From assembly GCF_964213995.1 (NCBI RefSeq), contig NC_135805.1, positions 66,774,001 through 66,838,000 on the forward strand: a stretch of DNA of 64,000 nt. Direction: 5' to 3'. The stretch is from Mustelus asterias. Lineage: Eukaryota. Each line of letters starts with the position of its first letter. Positions within the stretch are counted from its first letter, which is position 1. A model generated the notes under the pieces. That model was given only the letters and a program-made list of their open reading frames with translations, was not told where the DNA came from and searched no databases. Of the stretch, positions 23,990 to 36,439 are shown one piece after another. A program made the translations under genes and the position numbers.

Positions 23990-24305
23990 TGTTAAGAACT
24001 GAGCATTTTTCCAATGCTGGCCTCTTGTGCTATTCTGATTTTCTCTATCCTCCCCACCCTCCCCGTTGGCAGCTGTGACTTCAGCTGTCTTAGAACTAAG
24101 TCTGGAATTTCCTCCCTAAACGTCTCTGTCTCTGCAGTACACTGTCCTCCTTTAAGTCGCTCCTGAACCTTGCACTTTGAACAAGTTTTTGATTAACTGC
24201 CCTTATGTGCGTCGATGCAGAATTTTGTTTAATAATACTCTGGAGAAGTGTCTTGGAACATTTTACAAGGTTCAAGGTGCTATATAAATACAAGCTGCTG
24301 TTGCA
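23990..24305 (+). mobile_element. L2 LINE 3' end
   Basis: GSCDFSCLRTKSG / WNSLP-like region and AGGTGCTATATAAATACAAG tail. Confidence 0.7.
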
Positions 24306-24339
24306 GTGTGGTTGGGTTGGATTGCCTGTGAACGTTCAG

Positions 24340-24560
24340 GGATGACCAAATGTAACTGCAGTGCAGAACACCTCTGTTCAGTCCACAAGTGAACCCCAGC
24401 CCCTGATCACCTGTCATTTTAATTCTCCACCATGCTCTCACTCTGCCCTCAGCAGTGTTCCGATGAAGTTCAATGTAAAACCCAATGTACAGCACTTCAT
24501 CTTTCAATTAGGCTTCCTGTAGCCTTCTGGACTCAACACTGAGTTCAACAACATTTCAGC
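24340..24560 (+). mobile_element. Degenerate Penelope GIY-YIG C-terminal fragment
   Basis: CHFNSPPCSHS...QHFIFQLG.L.PSGLNTEFNN. Confidence 0.65.
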
Positions 24561-26800
24561 TTGCAACCCCTGCCCACAGAGGCAGCCATGATGGCAATGG
24601 CTGTTCCCAAGGCAACAACACTGCTGGTGCTCAGTGACACCACCATCCCACCACCAACCCCTGATCTTTCAGAGTTCCTTGCTATTGAGGTGCCCTCTCA
24701 CTGCGGTTGTAGTCTCAGCACTTGCCCAGCTAGTGGTGGCACTGCCAAGGTTGCCAATTTGATGCTGGCTCTCTGATAGGATTAGCAGCAGTTGGATGTG
24801 CCTGTGCCTTTCTCAATTGGACAGTGATCTCAGCAACAGCCTCTTAATTAGCCATCACCAGCAATATGCCACCCAATCTCCTGCTGCCCCTTAAAGTGGG
24901 ATGGCTTCCTGCTTTCAGCACTGGCACCTAGAAATCTAGCTTCCCCTAGCCATATCTTTTGTTTCTTTCCTTGTCCCATTACCCACTCACCTTGGTCTTG
25001 TACTATCAACTCTTTTGTCACTTACATAGGATTACATTGGAAAAGCAGCACAGAAATAGGCCATTTGGCCCAACCACCCATGCCAGTGTTTATACTGCAC
25101 TTCAGCCTCTTCCATCTTTCCTCATTTAAATTGAAAGCCAGAATTTTACTTTCTGCCTTTTAAGGGTGAGAGGTTCATGAAATATATGGGTGGGGATTGC
25201 CTCTTGATTAATGCCTGCCCTGACCACACAGCAATTTTATGCTGGGTGGGGGCAAGGCCTCAATTTTTAGACTGGCAGAAAGATTGAACTTCCATGGGGG
25301 TAACATGAATAAGAACACTTACATCTCGGGCATGAAGGCAAGGTGGATCCCGCCCCGTCAGAAGCCCCATTCTGAAGTTGGGTCCCCCTCTGCCTCTGGA
25401 CCTCCCTTCCCCATTCTCCCTCATTTGCTTGTCTCATTTCCTCTTAAATGTTATTTGCTTCAACCACTTCCTATAGTGATAAGTTCCACATGCTTATCAC
25501 TCTTTGTGCAAAGGGGTTTCTTCTGAATTCCCTATTGGATTTCTTGGTGACTATCCTATATATACTTTTATCTTATAGACCTCTAGTTATGCTTTTTCCC
25601 AAAGGAGGAAACAATTTCTTTGTATCCATTCTTATCAAAATCTTGATTTGATGTAATGTGATTTGATTTATTATTGTCAAATGTATTAGTATACAGTGAA
25701 AAGTATTATTTCTTGTGAGCAATACAAAGCATACCGTACATAGAGAAGAAAAGGAGAGAGTGCAGAATGTGGTGTTACAGTCATAGCTAGGGTCTAGAGA
25801 AAGATCAACTTAATGTGAGTTAGGTCTATTCAAAAGTCTGATTGCAGCAGGGAAGAAGCTGTTCTTGAGTCTGTTGGTATGTGCCCTCAGACTTTTGTAT
25901 CTTTTTTCCTGAAGGAAAAAGGTGGAAGAGAGTATGTCCGGAGTGTGTGGGGTCCTTAATTATGCTGGCTGCTTTTCCGAGGCAGCGGGAAATGTAGACG
26001 GAGTCAATGGGTGGGACGCTGGTTTGAGTGATGGACTGGGCTTCGTTCACGAATCTTTGTAGTTTATTGCAGTCTTGGGCAGAGCAGGAGCCATACCAAG
26101 CTGTGATAGAACCAGAAAGAATGCTTTCCATGGTGCATCTGTAAAAGTTGGTGAGAGTCATAGCTGACATGCCAAATTTCCTTAGTCTTCTGAGAAAGTA
26201 GAGGCGTTGGTGGGCTTTCTTAACTGTAGCATCAGCATGGGGGGGACTAGGACAGGTTGTTGGTGATCTGGACACCTAAAAACTTGAAACTCTCAATCAT
26301 TTCTACTTTGTCCCCGTTGACTGTCTGTTGTTAACAATTCAGGACAAGTATGTCCCTGTAAAAATGAAGGATAAAGATGGCAAGATTTGGGAACCCTGGA
26401 TGACAAGAGAGATTGTGAGCTGAGTGAAAAAGAAGAAGGAGGTATATGCAAATTTCAGGAAATTGAAAACCGATAAGCCCCCTAGGGAATACAAAGATTG
26501 CAGGAAAGAGCTTACATAGGGACTAATTTAAAGAGCTTAAATTAGGAGGGCAAAAGAGGGCCATGAAATGTCCTTGGCAGGCAGGATTAAGGAGAACCCA
26601 AGGCTTTTTATGTGTATATGAGGAGGAAGAGGGTAGCTAAGGAAAGGGTAGTTCCACGCAAGGACAGTGGAGGGAATTTGCGTGTGGAGCCAGATGAGGT
26701 GGGTGAGGTCCTTAACGAGTACTTTGCATCAGTATTCAGAAAGGAACAGGATGTGGTGGATGGTGAGTGCAGAAAGGAGGATGTTGACATTCTAGGACAT

Positions 26801-27135
26801 AGAATCATAGAAACCCTACAGTGCAGAAAGAGGCCATCTGGCCCATCGAGTCTGCACCGATCACAATCCCACCCAGGCCCTAACCCCATATTCCTACACA
26901 TTTACCCACCTATCCCTCTAACCTATCGGACACTAAGGGGCAATTTTAGCATGGCCAATCAACCTAACCTGCACATCTTTGGACTGTGGGAAGAAACCGG
27001 AGCACCCAGAGGAAACCCATGCAGACACGAGGAGAATGTGCAAACTCCACATAGACAGTGACCCAAGCCGGGAATCGAACCCAGGTCCCTGGAGCTGTGA
27101 AGCAGCAGTGCTAACCACTGTGCTACCGTGCCGCC
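26801..27135 (-). mobile_element. Young HE1 V-SINE inside CR1
   Basis: Full-length; AGGACAT TSD at 26794-26800 and 27311-27317 encloses the SINE plus 27136-27310. Confidence 0.92.
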
Positions 27136-27310
27136 GGTCACCAACTACCGGAAGGATGTTTATGCATTGGAAAGGATGCAGAAGAGATTTACCAGGATAT
27201 TGCCTGGTTTGGATGATATGGCCTATGAGGAAAGGTTGAACAAACTTGTTTTCATTGGAGCATCAGAGGATGAGGGGGGACCTGATAGAGTTTTACAAGG
27301 TTATGATACA
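27136..27310 (+). repeat. Local duplicate of 28402-28577 (CR1 RT segment)
   Basis: Near-identical, including the frame-disrupting AAACTTGTTTTCATTGG junction. Confidence 0.85.
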
Positions 27311-30300
27311 AGGACATGTTGAGATAAAAAGGGAGGAGATATTGGCGGTTTTGAAAACATTAAGGAGGACAAGTCCCCAGGGCCAGATAGGGTCTACCCG
27401 AGAATACTGAGAGAGGCGAGGGAAGAAATTGCTTAGGCGTTGGCCAAAATCTTTGTATCCTCATTGGTGAGGTACCAGAGGATTGGAGAGTAGCTAACAT
27501 TGTTCCTCTGTTTAAGAAGGGCAGAAGAGACAATCCAGGAAATTACAGGCCTGTGAGCCTTACATCAGTGGTGGGGAAATTATTGGAGAAGATTCTTAGG
27601 GACAGAGTGTACTCACATCTGAAAGAGAATAGGCTTATTAGTAATAGGCAGCGTGGTTTTGCGAAGGGGAGGCCATGTCTCACAAATTTAATTGAGTTCT
27701 TTGAGGAAGTGACAAGAAAAATTGATCAGGGCAGTGCACGTTGTATACATGGACTTTGGTAAAGCCTTCGATAAGGTTCCTCATGGTAGGCTGATATAGA
27801 AAGTGAAGTCATATGGGATTCGGGGTGAGCTGGTAAGATGGATACAAAACTGGCTTGGGCATAGAAAGCAGAGTAGCAGTGGAAGGGTACTTATCTAACT
27901 GGAGGTCTGTGACATGCGATGTTCCACAAGGGTCAGTGCTGGGGCCTTTGTTGTTTGTAATATACATAAATGATTTGGAAGAAAATGTAGGTAGTCTGAT
28001 TAGTAAATTTGCAGATGATACAAAAATTGGGGCAGTAGCAGATAGTGAGGAGGATTGTCAGGGGACACAACAGGGTATAAATCAGCTGGAGACCTGAGCC
28101 GGAAGATGGCAGATGGAATTTAACCTGGACAAATGTAAGGTAATGTGATTTGGAAGGTCTACTGCAAAAGGAAAGTATACAGTAAATGGTAGCGCCCTTA
28201 GAAATATTAGCATACAGAGAGATCTAGTCGTGCAGATCCACAGTTCCCTGTAGGTGGTAACTCAGGTGTATTAGGTGGTCAAGAAGGCATATGGCATGCT
28301 GGCCTTCGTCGGTTGGGGCGTTGAGTATAGGAATTGGAAAATCATGTTGCAGCTGTATAAGACTTTGGTTAGGCCACATTTGGAGTATTGTGTACAATTC
28401 TGGTCACCACACGACCGGAAGGATGTTGATGCATTGGAAAGGATGCAGAAGAGATTTACCAGGATGTTGCCTGGTTTGGATGATATGGGCTATGAAGAAA
28501 GGTTGAACAAACTTGTTTTCATTGGAGCATCGGAGGATGAGGGGGGAACCTGATAGAGTTTTACAAGGTTATGATAGGCTTGGCTAGAGTGGATAGTCAG
28601 AGTTTTTTTCCCAGGATCGAAGGTTCAATTACTTGGGTGCATAGGTTGAGAGTGAGAGGGGAAAAGTTTAAAACAGATGTAAGGTGCAAGTTTTTCACAC
28701 AGAGTGCGGTGAATGCCTGGAAAGTGCTGCCAGAGGAGGTGGTGGAAGCAGATTCTATAACAATGTTCAAGAGGCATCTGGATAGATAAATGATTCGGCA
28801 AGGAATAGAGGGATATGGACCAAGTAGAAGCAAGAAAATATTAGATTAGAGGGGCATCTGTGTCAGCACAGACTTGGTGGGCCGAAGGGCCTGTCCTGTG
28901 CTGTACAGTTCTTTGTTCTCTTTGTTCTTTGATGTGAACAGAGGCATGTCCTCCACCATGCTTCCTGAAGTTGATGACTATCTCCTTTGTTTTGTTGACA
29001 TTGAGGGAGAGGTTATTGTCGCCGTACCAGTTCACCAGTTTCTCTATCTCATTCCTGTACTCTGTCTCGTCATTGTTTGAGATCAGACCCACTACGGTGG
29101 TGTCATCAGCAAACCTGAAAATCGAATTGGAGGGGAACTTGGCTGCACAGTCACAGGTGTATAAGGAGTATAGCAGGGGGCTGAGAACACAGCCTTGTGG
29201 GGCACCAGTGTTGAGGATGATCATAGGGGAGGTGTTGTTGCCTATCCTTACTGAGTGCGGTCTGTGGGTTAGAAAGTTCAGGATCCAGTCGCAGAGGGAG
29301 AGGCTGAGCCCCAAGCCACGGAATTTGGAGATGAGTTTCGTCGAAATAATGGTGTTGAAGGCTGAGCTGTAGTCGATAACAAGGAGGAGTCTTACTTTGG
29401 TGTCTTTGTTACCTAGGTGTTCCAGGGTTGAGTGCAGGGCCAGGGAGATGGCGTCTGCTGTGGATCAGTTTGTGGCGGTAGGTGCACTGTAGTGGATCCA
29501 GGCAGTCTGAGAGACCGGAATTTATTCGTGCCCTGACTAACCTTTCGAAGCGCTTCATAATGATCAATGTCAGAGCCATCAGACAATAGTCATTAAGGCA
29601 TGCTGCTTGGCTTTTCGTTAGTACCAGGGTGATGGTCATCTTCTTGAAGATGAAAGGGACCTCAGATTGTTGTAAAGACAGGTTGAAGATGTATCATTGC
29701 CAGCTGATCTGCACAGGATCTGAGTGCTCGTCCGGGTACCCCATCCGGGCCAGTCACTTTCCGTGGGTTGACTTTCAAGAAGACTGCTCTGACATCTGCA
29801 ATGGTGACCTCGGATACGGTTCATCCAATGCTTCCAGGATGGAGGGCATGCTCTCGCTGACCTCTTGCTCCAAATGCATGTAGAATGCATTGAGCTCATC
29901 AGGGAGGGGTGCATTGGTGCTAACGATTTTACATGCCTTCATCTTGTAGCCCATTATGTCTTGCAGACCTTGCCATAGTTCGCGGGGGTTCATGTGGCGA
30001 GCCTGGGACTCTAGCTTGGACCGGTACTGTTTTTTGGCATCTTTGATGGATCTCCTTAGATCATATCTGGCTTTCTTGAATAGGTAAGTGTCACCTGACT
30101 TGAACGCCTCAGAATTGGACTTCAGCAAGCAGTGGATATCTCTGTTCATCCATGGTTTCCGGTTGGGAAACACACAGATTTGATTCTTTGGCACACAGTC
30201 TTCTACACACTTATTAATGAAGTTAGGAACTGTAATAGTGTACTCATTCAGGCTGGTCGCAGAGTTTTTAAATACTGACCAGTCCACTGACTCCAAGCAG

Positions 30301-30469
30301 TCCCATAGGAGATCATCTGAATCCCTAGACCAACATTGCACGACTTTCTTTGATGGATTGTCCCGCTTCAGTTTTTGCTTGTAAGCCAGGAGCAGGAGCA
30401 CAGCCTTGTGGTCTGATTTGCCAAAGTGTGGGCGGGTGATAGAGCAGTAGGCATGTTTGATATTTGTGT

Positions 30470-30789
30470 TGGACTGGTCTATGGTGAGCCTGATGGTGGG
30501 ATGGAACTTGTTGATGTCATCATAGAGTTGTTTCAGTGATTGTTCACCATGAGTCCAAAGGAAGAAAATGTCATCGATGTATCTAGTGTATAGCACCGGT
30601 TGAAGGTCCCGTGCGGTGAAGAAGTCTTGTTCGAACCTGTGCATGAAGATGTTGGCATATTGAGGTGCAAATTTGGTCCCCATGGCTGTTCCGTGTGTCT
30701 GGATGAAGAACTGGTTGTTGAAGGTGAAGATATTGTGGTCCAGGATGAAGCGGATGAGATGTAAAATTGCATCTGGAAACTGGCAGTTG
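30470..30789 (-). mobile_element. Penelope-like RT fragment inserted into Rex1
   Basis: FIQTHGTAMGTKFAPQYANIFM...RYIDDIFFLW...INKFHPTIRLT; 9-bp TSD TATTTGTGT at 30461-30469 and 30790-30798. Confidence 0.9.
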
Positions 30790-31737
30790 TATTTGTGTAG
30801 CAGTGGTCTAGGATGTTTGGGTCTCTGGTGGAGCAAGAGACGTGTTGGTGGTAACTTGGTAGTACACTCTTGAGCTTGGCATGATTGAAGTCCCCAGCCA
30901 TGATGAACAAGGCCTCAGGATGTTTCGTCTCAAGGCTATTTGTAATGGTGTATATTTTGTCCAGCGCGGTCTTCATGTCCATGTGGGGTGGGATGTAAAC
31001 TGCTGTCAGGATAAGAAAGGCGAACTCCCGCGGAAGGTAGTAGGGACGGCATTTTAGCGTCAGGTATTCTCGGTCCCACCCTCAGCCTTCTGTTTTCAGA
31101 AAAGCCAACCTGACAATCCTTTCCTGATATGTTTCCCCACACATTTCTGGTGCCATTCTTGTAAATCCTCCATGGACCATCTCCAGTGCCTCCCTACTCT
31201 TTTTTAAAAAACAGCAACCAGAACGACAAGTGATAATCTAAATGTGGTCCTGATTTGCTTCCCACTCCTATCAAAGAACTTCCCTTTTATTTCTTTTCCA
31301 ACCCTTCCACTTTCATTTGCTTAAAGCCTATTGTATCACTAACCTATCAGTCACTTACCTGAAAGGTTAACTCTTTCATGCTCCGCAGATGCTGCCAGAC
31401 CTGCTCAGTATTTCAAACATCTTTTATTTTAATATCCCTGACCTGATCTGCTGGCAAAAGATAGAGTAGATGATAGCTGCTCCACCTTGGGAATACCGAG
31501 GCATGTCACAGGGTAAGTACCTTTATAGTTATATTGCCACCATATTGAATAATTTGCTGAGATAGTCTGGGGAATTCCCCAAACAAGCTCTTGTTGAACA
31601 GGAGAAGGTAACAGACTCCCAACCACTGGAACACAGGGTACTTTAGATAGAGTAGAATCCCAGTGGAATTGCTTTCTGCTCCAAATTCCTGGCAGCCTCT
31701 TCCACATTTCCTAATCTAGCAATTTGTAATTTGACGG

Positions 31738-32205
31738 ATGGCATGGTGGCAGAGTGGTTAGCACTGTAGCCTCAACAGCACCAGGGACCCATGTTCAATT
31801 CCAGCCTTCAGTGACTGTGTGGAGTTTGCACATTCTCCCCATGTCTGCGTGGGTTTCCTCTGGGTGCTCCAGTTTCCTCCAAAGATGTGCAGGTTAGGTG
31901 GATTGGCCGTGCTAAATTGCCCCTTAGCGTCCCAATATAGAAATATAGAAACATAGAAAACTACAGCACAAAACAGGCCCTTCGGCCCCACAAGTTGTGC
32001 CGAACATATCCCTATCTTTTAGGCCTACCTATAACCCTCCATCCTATTAAGTCCCATGTACTCATCCAGGAGTTTAAGTTAGATGAATTATAGTGGTAAA
32101 TACATGGGGTTATGGGTAGAGGGCCTGGATAAGATGCTCTGTGGAGAGTCAGTGCAAACTCAATAGGCCGAATGGCCTCTTTCTGCACTGTAGGGATTCT
32201 ATGAA
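31738..32205 (+). mobile_element. HE1 V-SINE interrupted by a CR1 tail
   Basis: Head and core to about 31935; the tail resumes at about 32074. Confidence 0.85.
31936..32073 (-). mobile_element. Very short CR1 3' end
   Basis: GGGCCGAAGGGCCTGTTTTGTGCTGTAG...TTTCTATG tail on the minus strand. Confidence 0.8.
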
Positions 32206-32369
32206 TTTCAGCCAGTTTTTTTTCTATTTTCAGATTTGTTTTAAATTCTTAAAGTATTCTTCTATTTTTCTTTTTCGCTGTCGGTCTACTTATTCAAAAA
32301 AATAACTCGAAAGGTAGACACCCTTTTCTACATTAAGCTTTGAGGCAAAAACGTTGTGTGATTTCAAGA

Positions 32370-32582
32370 AGAATCATAGAACCATAGAAACCCTACAGTG
32401 CAGAGAGAGGCCATTTGGCCCATCGTGTCTGCACCGACCACAATCCCACCCTGGCCCTTTCCCCCCACATCCCTACATATTTACCCACTAATCCCTCTAA
32501 CCTACGCATCTCAGGACACTAAGGGGCAATTTTAGCATGGCTGTGAAGCAGCAGTGCTAACCACTGCGCTACCGTGCCACCC
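32370..32582 (-). mobile_element. HE1 V-SINE with internal deletion
   Basis: TTTAGCATGG is joined directly to CTGTGAAGCAGC, removing the core. Confidence 0.85.
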
Positions 32583-32584
32583 AG

Positions 32585-32880
32585 TTTTAAGTTTATTTGT
32601 TAGGAGCACAAGTAGGCTTACACTGCAATGAAGTTACTGTGAAAACCCCCTAGTCGCCACACTCCGACGCCTGTTCGGGTACACTGAGGGAGAATTTAGC
32701 ATGGCCAATCCATCTAACCCGCATGTCTTTTGGACTGTGGGAGGAAACCGGAGCACCCAGAGGAAACCCACACAGACACGGGGAGAACGTGCAGACTCCA
32801 CACAGACAGTGACCCAAGCCGGGAATCGAACCTGGGTCCCTGGCACTGTGAGGCGGCAGTACTAACCACCGTGCCGCCCA
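32585..32880 (-). mobile_element. V-SINE variant with Rex1-like tail
   Basis: Intact head and core followed by the CCGAACAGGCG...CTTCATTGCAGTG tail. Confidence 0.88.
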
Positions 32881-33050
32881 ATTTAAAGAAATTAGATGTA
32901 GCACTTGGGGCTAAAGAGATCAAGGAATATTGTGGGGGAAGGGGAAGCAGGATATTGAATTTGATAATCAGCCATGATCATGATGAATGGCGGAGCAGGT
33001 TCGAAGGGCCGAATGGCCTACTTCTATTTTTAGTATCTATGTTTCTATGT
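32881..33050 (+). mobile_element. CR1 3' end
   Basis: GAATGGCGGAGCAGG...GGGCCGAATGGCCTAC...TTTCTATG. Confidence 0.75.
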
Positions 33051-33594
33051 TGAGCTTGAATATGGCTAAAAGACAACAAAAGCTCTGAGCACTCAAATAC
33101 ACAAGAGTGGTGTACCAAGGACATTTAGCCTCATGTTTCAAATTCCAGAGAAGTGTAAATACACTATTTAAAGAATGTTTTGAACAGAAGCTGATTCCTG
33201 AGCTGGCAATTGATGTTTAAAGGAACTGTGGTCACGATATCGAGTTGCCCATTATACCAACTGCAGGTTGATATTTGCACAACATCCTGATGTGAAAGCT
33301 ATTTATTTTTATTTGTTCAGCGGGACAGAAGTACTCTCAGTGATATGCACAACAAAGGTGTTAAGTTATGCAAATGATGATCAGTGACAAGGCTCCAAGC
33401 CGTCTGGCTCATCTTGTATAAAACATGAAGAAAGGAGGCAATTAAAGCAAGCAGTGTCATTAAACAGTTTCTTTGTCAGATAGTCAGTTCCCTGTTTCAG
33501 TTTACAGATTCCTAAATTCAATTTACATCTGTTTTAGTCACAGAAATAATACAACTGAACAATAATACACAGACAAACACATACTTATTGCTAA

Positions 33595-33680
33595 TAAAAG
33601 CAAAAATGCTGAAAATACTCAGCAAGTCAGGGAGCATCTGTAGAGAAGAGAAAACAGTGTTAATGTTTCGGCTGACCTGA
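33595..33680 (-). mobile_element. Diverged Penelope-like family B terminus
   Basis: AAATGCTGAAAATACTCAGCAAGTCAGG.AGCATCTGT...TTTCG. Confidence 0.6.
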
Positions 33681-33744
33681 GTTGTTCCAGTACTGGATGA
33701 ACAGGAATTTCCTCCCAGAAAAGAAGACCAAAACCACTCATCTT

Positions 33745-33888
33745 GGTCCCCGCCACAAACTCCCTTCCCGAGTCACCAGCTACATCCCTCGTCTGAGCAC
33801 CAACAATGACAACATGAACTGCCAGTTCTGTGGATGTCTGTATCGATGTCGCATCGGGCTCTTCAGTCATGACAGGGCCTACAGAAGA
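33745..33888 (+). mobile_element. RTE LINE C-terminal fragment
   Basis: CQFCGCLYRCRIGLFSH resembles the RTE C-terminal CxxC...RIGLFSH motif. Confidence 0.55.
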
Positions 33889-34206
33889 GGGCACAGTGGT
33901 TAGCACTGCTGCCTCACGGAGCCAGGGACCCAGGCTCAATTCCGGCCTCGAGCCACTGACTGTGTGAAGTTTGTACCTTCTCCCCGAGTCTGCGTGGGTT
34001 TCCTCCAGGTTCTCCGGTTTCCTCCCACACTCCATGATGTGCGGGTTAGGTTGATTGGCCATGCTAAATTGCCCCTTAGTGTCAGGGGTACTAGCTAGGG
34101 TAAATGAGTGGGGTTATGCAGATAGGGTCTGGATGGGATTGTCGTCAGTGCAGACTCGATGGGCTGAATGTCCTCCTTCTGCACTGTATGGGTTTTATGA
34201 TTCTAA
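33889..34206 (+). mobile_element. HE1 V-SINE
   Basis: Head, core and CR1-like tail. Confidence 0.9.
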
Positions 34207-34390
34207 GAAAATGAAGTCACCTATATCTTGGACATGCTTGAATACCAAGGAGTTACTACCTCAATTTCTGTATCCTCCTTGAGCACTACAGCCCTCCAAG
34301 AGGGGGTAGGAAGGAAAGAAGAGCTGAGGCCATATTCAATCAGCCATTATCTTACTGAATGACCGAGCAGGCTTGAACGGTCAAATGAAG

Positions 34391-34527
34391 GGCTTTGACA
34401 AAGGGTCATCCGGACTCGAAACATCAGCTCTTTTCTCTCCTTCCAGATGTTGCCAGACCTGCTGAGATTTTCCAGCATTTTCTCTTTTGGTTTCAGATTC
34501 CAGCATCCGCAGTAATTTGCTTTTATT
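34391..34527 (+). mobile_element. Penelope-like family B terminus with U3-A8 hammerhead
   Basis: GCT TTGACAA AGGGTCATCCGGACTC GAAA CATC AGC; inserted in a CR1 tail with a diverged duplication (AACGGTCAAATG / AAGGGCCAAATG). Confidence 0.8.
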
Positions 34528-35013
34528 AAGGGCCAAATGGCCTACCCCTGATCCCAATTCATTTCTATGTACATTTCAGTAAATAACAAATCTATAGTTC
34601 CAGATTTTCCCCTCAAATAGCTTTTTTTAAAAAAAATTAAACATGTGATATTACACTCAGCAGCTTTTGAGATCTATTCTCTCTAGCATTCCAATTTCTG
34701 CTTAATTTTCACTAGAAACAAATCCAGGACAACTCGAGTTTTTGTTTCAATAATTAACATTCCCATTTGAATTATTGCAATTTCATCTTAATAAATAAAC
34801 AAGCCCTCAGAACTGAATCATTTATTCTGTAGTTAAGTAAAATTCCCAAGTGGTAAATGTTGAATGATTAATTAGTGCTAATCTGGATCCAAAGGTTGTA
34901 TAGGGGCTGGACCTTCTGCCAGCACTTCCCTGCAAGCCTGCTGTTCTTTTGCAATCAAAAAATGCAACCGAGCAAAAAGCAAACTGGAAAGATAATCATC
35001 ATTATTATATTAT

Positions 35014-36303
35014 TGGGCGGCACGGTGGCACAGTGTTTAATACTGCTGCCTCACAGTGCCAGGGACATGGGTTCGATTCTGGCCTTTGGTGACTGTTTAT
35101 GTGGAGTTTGCATGTTCTGTGTGGGTTTCCTCTGGATGCTTCTGTTTCCTCCCACAGTCCAAAGATGTGCAGGTTAGGTGGATCGGCCATGCTAAATTGC
35201 TTTTTAAAAATTTGATTTGATTTATTATTGTCACTTCACATGTATTAACATACAGTGAAAAGTATTGTTTCTTGCGCGCTATACAGACAAAGCATACCGT
35301 TCATAGAGAAGGAAATGAGAGAGTGCAAAATGCAGTGTTACAGTCATAGCTAGGTTTAGAGGAAGATCAACTTAATGCAAGGTAGGTCCATTCAAAGGTC
35401 TGACAGCAGCAGGGACGAAGCTGTTCTTGAGACGGTTGGTACGTGACCTCAGACTTTTGTATCTTTTTCCCAACGGAAGAAGGTGGAAGAGAGAATGTCC
35501 GGGGTGCATGGGGTCCTTAATTATGCTGGCTGCTTTGCCGAGGCAGCGGGAAATGTAGACAGAGTCAATGGATGGGAGGCTGGTTTGCGTGATGGATTGG
35601 ACTCCTTGTGGTCTTACACAGAGCAAGAACCATACCAAGCTGTGATACAACCAGAGAGAATGCTTTCTATGGTGCCTCTGTAAAAGTCGGTGAGAGTCGT
35701 AGCTGACATGCCAAATTTCCTTAGTCTTCTGAGAAAGTAAAGGCGTTGGTGAGCTTTCTTAACTATAGTGTCGGCATGGGGGGACCAGGACAGGTTGTTG
35801 GTGATGTGGACACCTAAAAACTTGAAGCTCTCGACCCTTTCTACTTCATCCCCATTGATGTAGACAGGGGCATGTTCTCCTCTATGCTTCCTGAAGTCGA
35901 TGACAATCTCCTTTGTCTTGTTGACATTGAGGGAGAGATTATTGTTGCCACACCAGTTCACCAGATTCTCTATCTCATTCCTGTACTCTGTCTCGTCATT
36001 GTTTGAGATCCTACCCACCACAGTAGTGTCGTCAGCAAATTTGAAAATCGAATTCGAGGGGAATTTGGCTGCACAGTCATAGGTGTATAAAGAGTATAGT
36101 AGGAGGCTGAGAACACAGCCCTGTGGGGCACCGGTGTTGAGGATTGCCCCTTAGTGTCCAAAAGTGTATAGGTTAGGTGGATTAGCTATGATAAATGCGC
36201 ATGGTTACGGAGATAGGGCAGACGGGAGGACCTGAGTTCATAAGTTCTGTACAAACTTGATGGGCCAAATGACCTCTTTCTGCACTGTGGAGATTCTATG
36301 ATA
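35014..36303 (+). mobile_element. HE1 V-SINE split by Rex1
   Basis: Halves at 35014-35200 and 36143-36303; TSD ATTGC. Confidence 0.85.
35201..36142 (-). mobile_element. 5'-truncated Rex1/Babar LINE
   Basis: ORF 35614-36021 has RT motifs; (CAAAT)n tail; ATTGC TSD. Confidence 0.93.
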
Positions 36304-36439
36304 TGAAACATAAGCTTGCTTTTGAATCAATGCCATATATTCACCAAACAAGCCTTCATTGGGTCATGAGAAAATATTTCCTCATGAACCCAGACTGAGA
36401 GCTTAATCTTAGAATTTGAGCTCGCGCTTTAGAAACTGT

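Larger units (their letters stand above)
26321..28930 (+). mobile_element. CR1 LINE ORF2 (2.6 kb, frameshifted) inserted in Rex1
   Basis: SLTSVVGKLLEKI, VPQGSVLGPLLF, KFADDTK, EYCVQFWSP; (TTCTTTG)n tail; TTGA repeated at both junctions. Confidence 0.93.
25645..31075 (-). mobile_element. Long Rex1/Babar LINE (APE end, RT, 3' tail), interrupted by CR1 and PLE inserts
   Basis: AGDFNHA..., [40 protein letters not shown]; the sequence reads continuously across 26320/28931 and 30469/30790. Confidence 0.93.
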
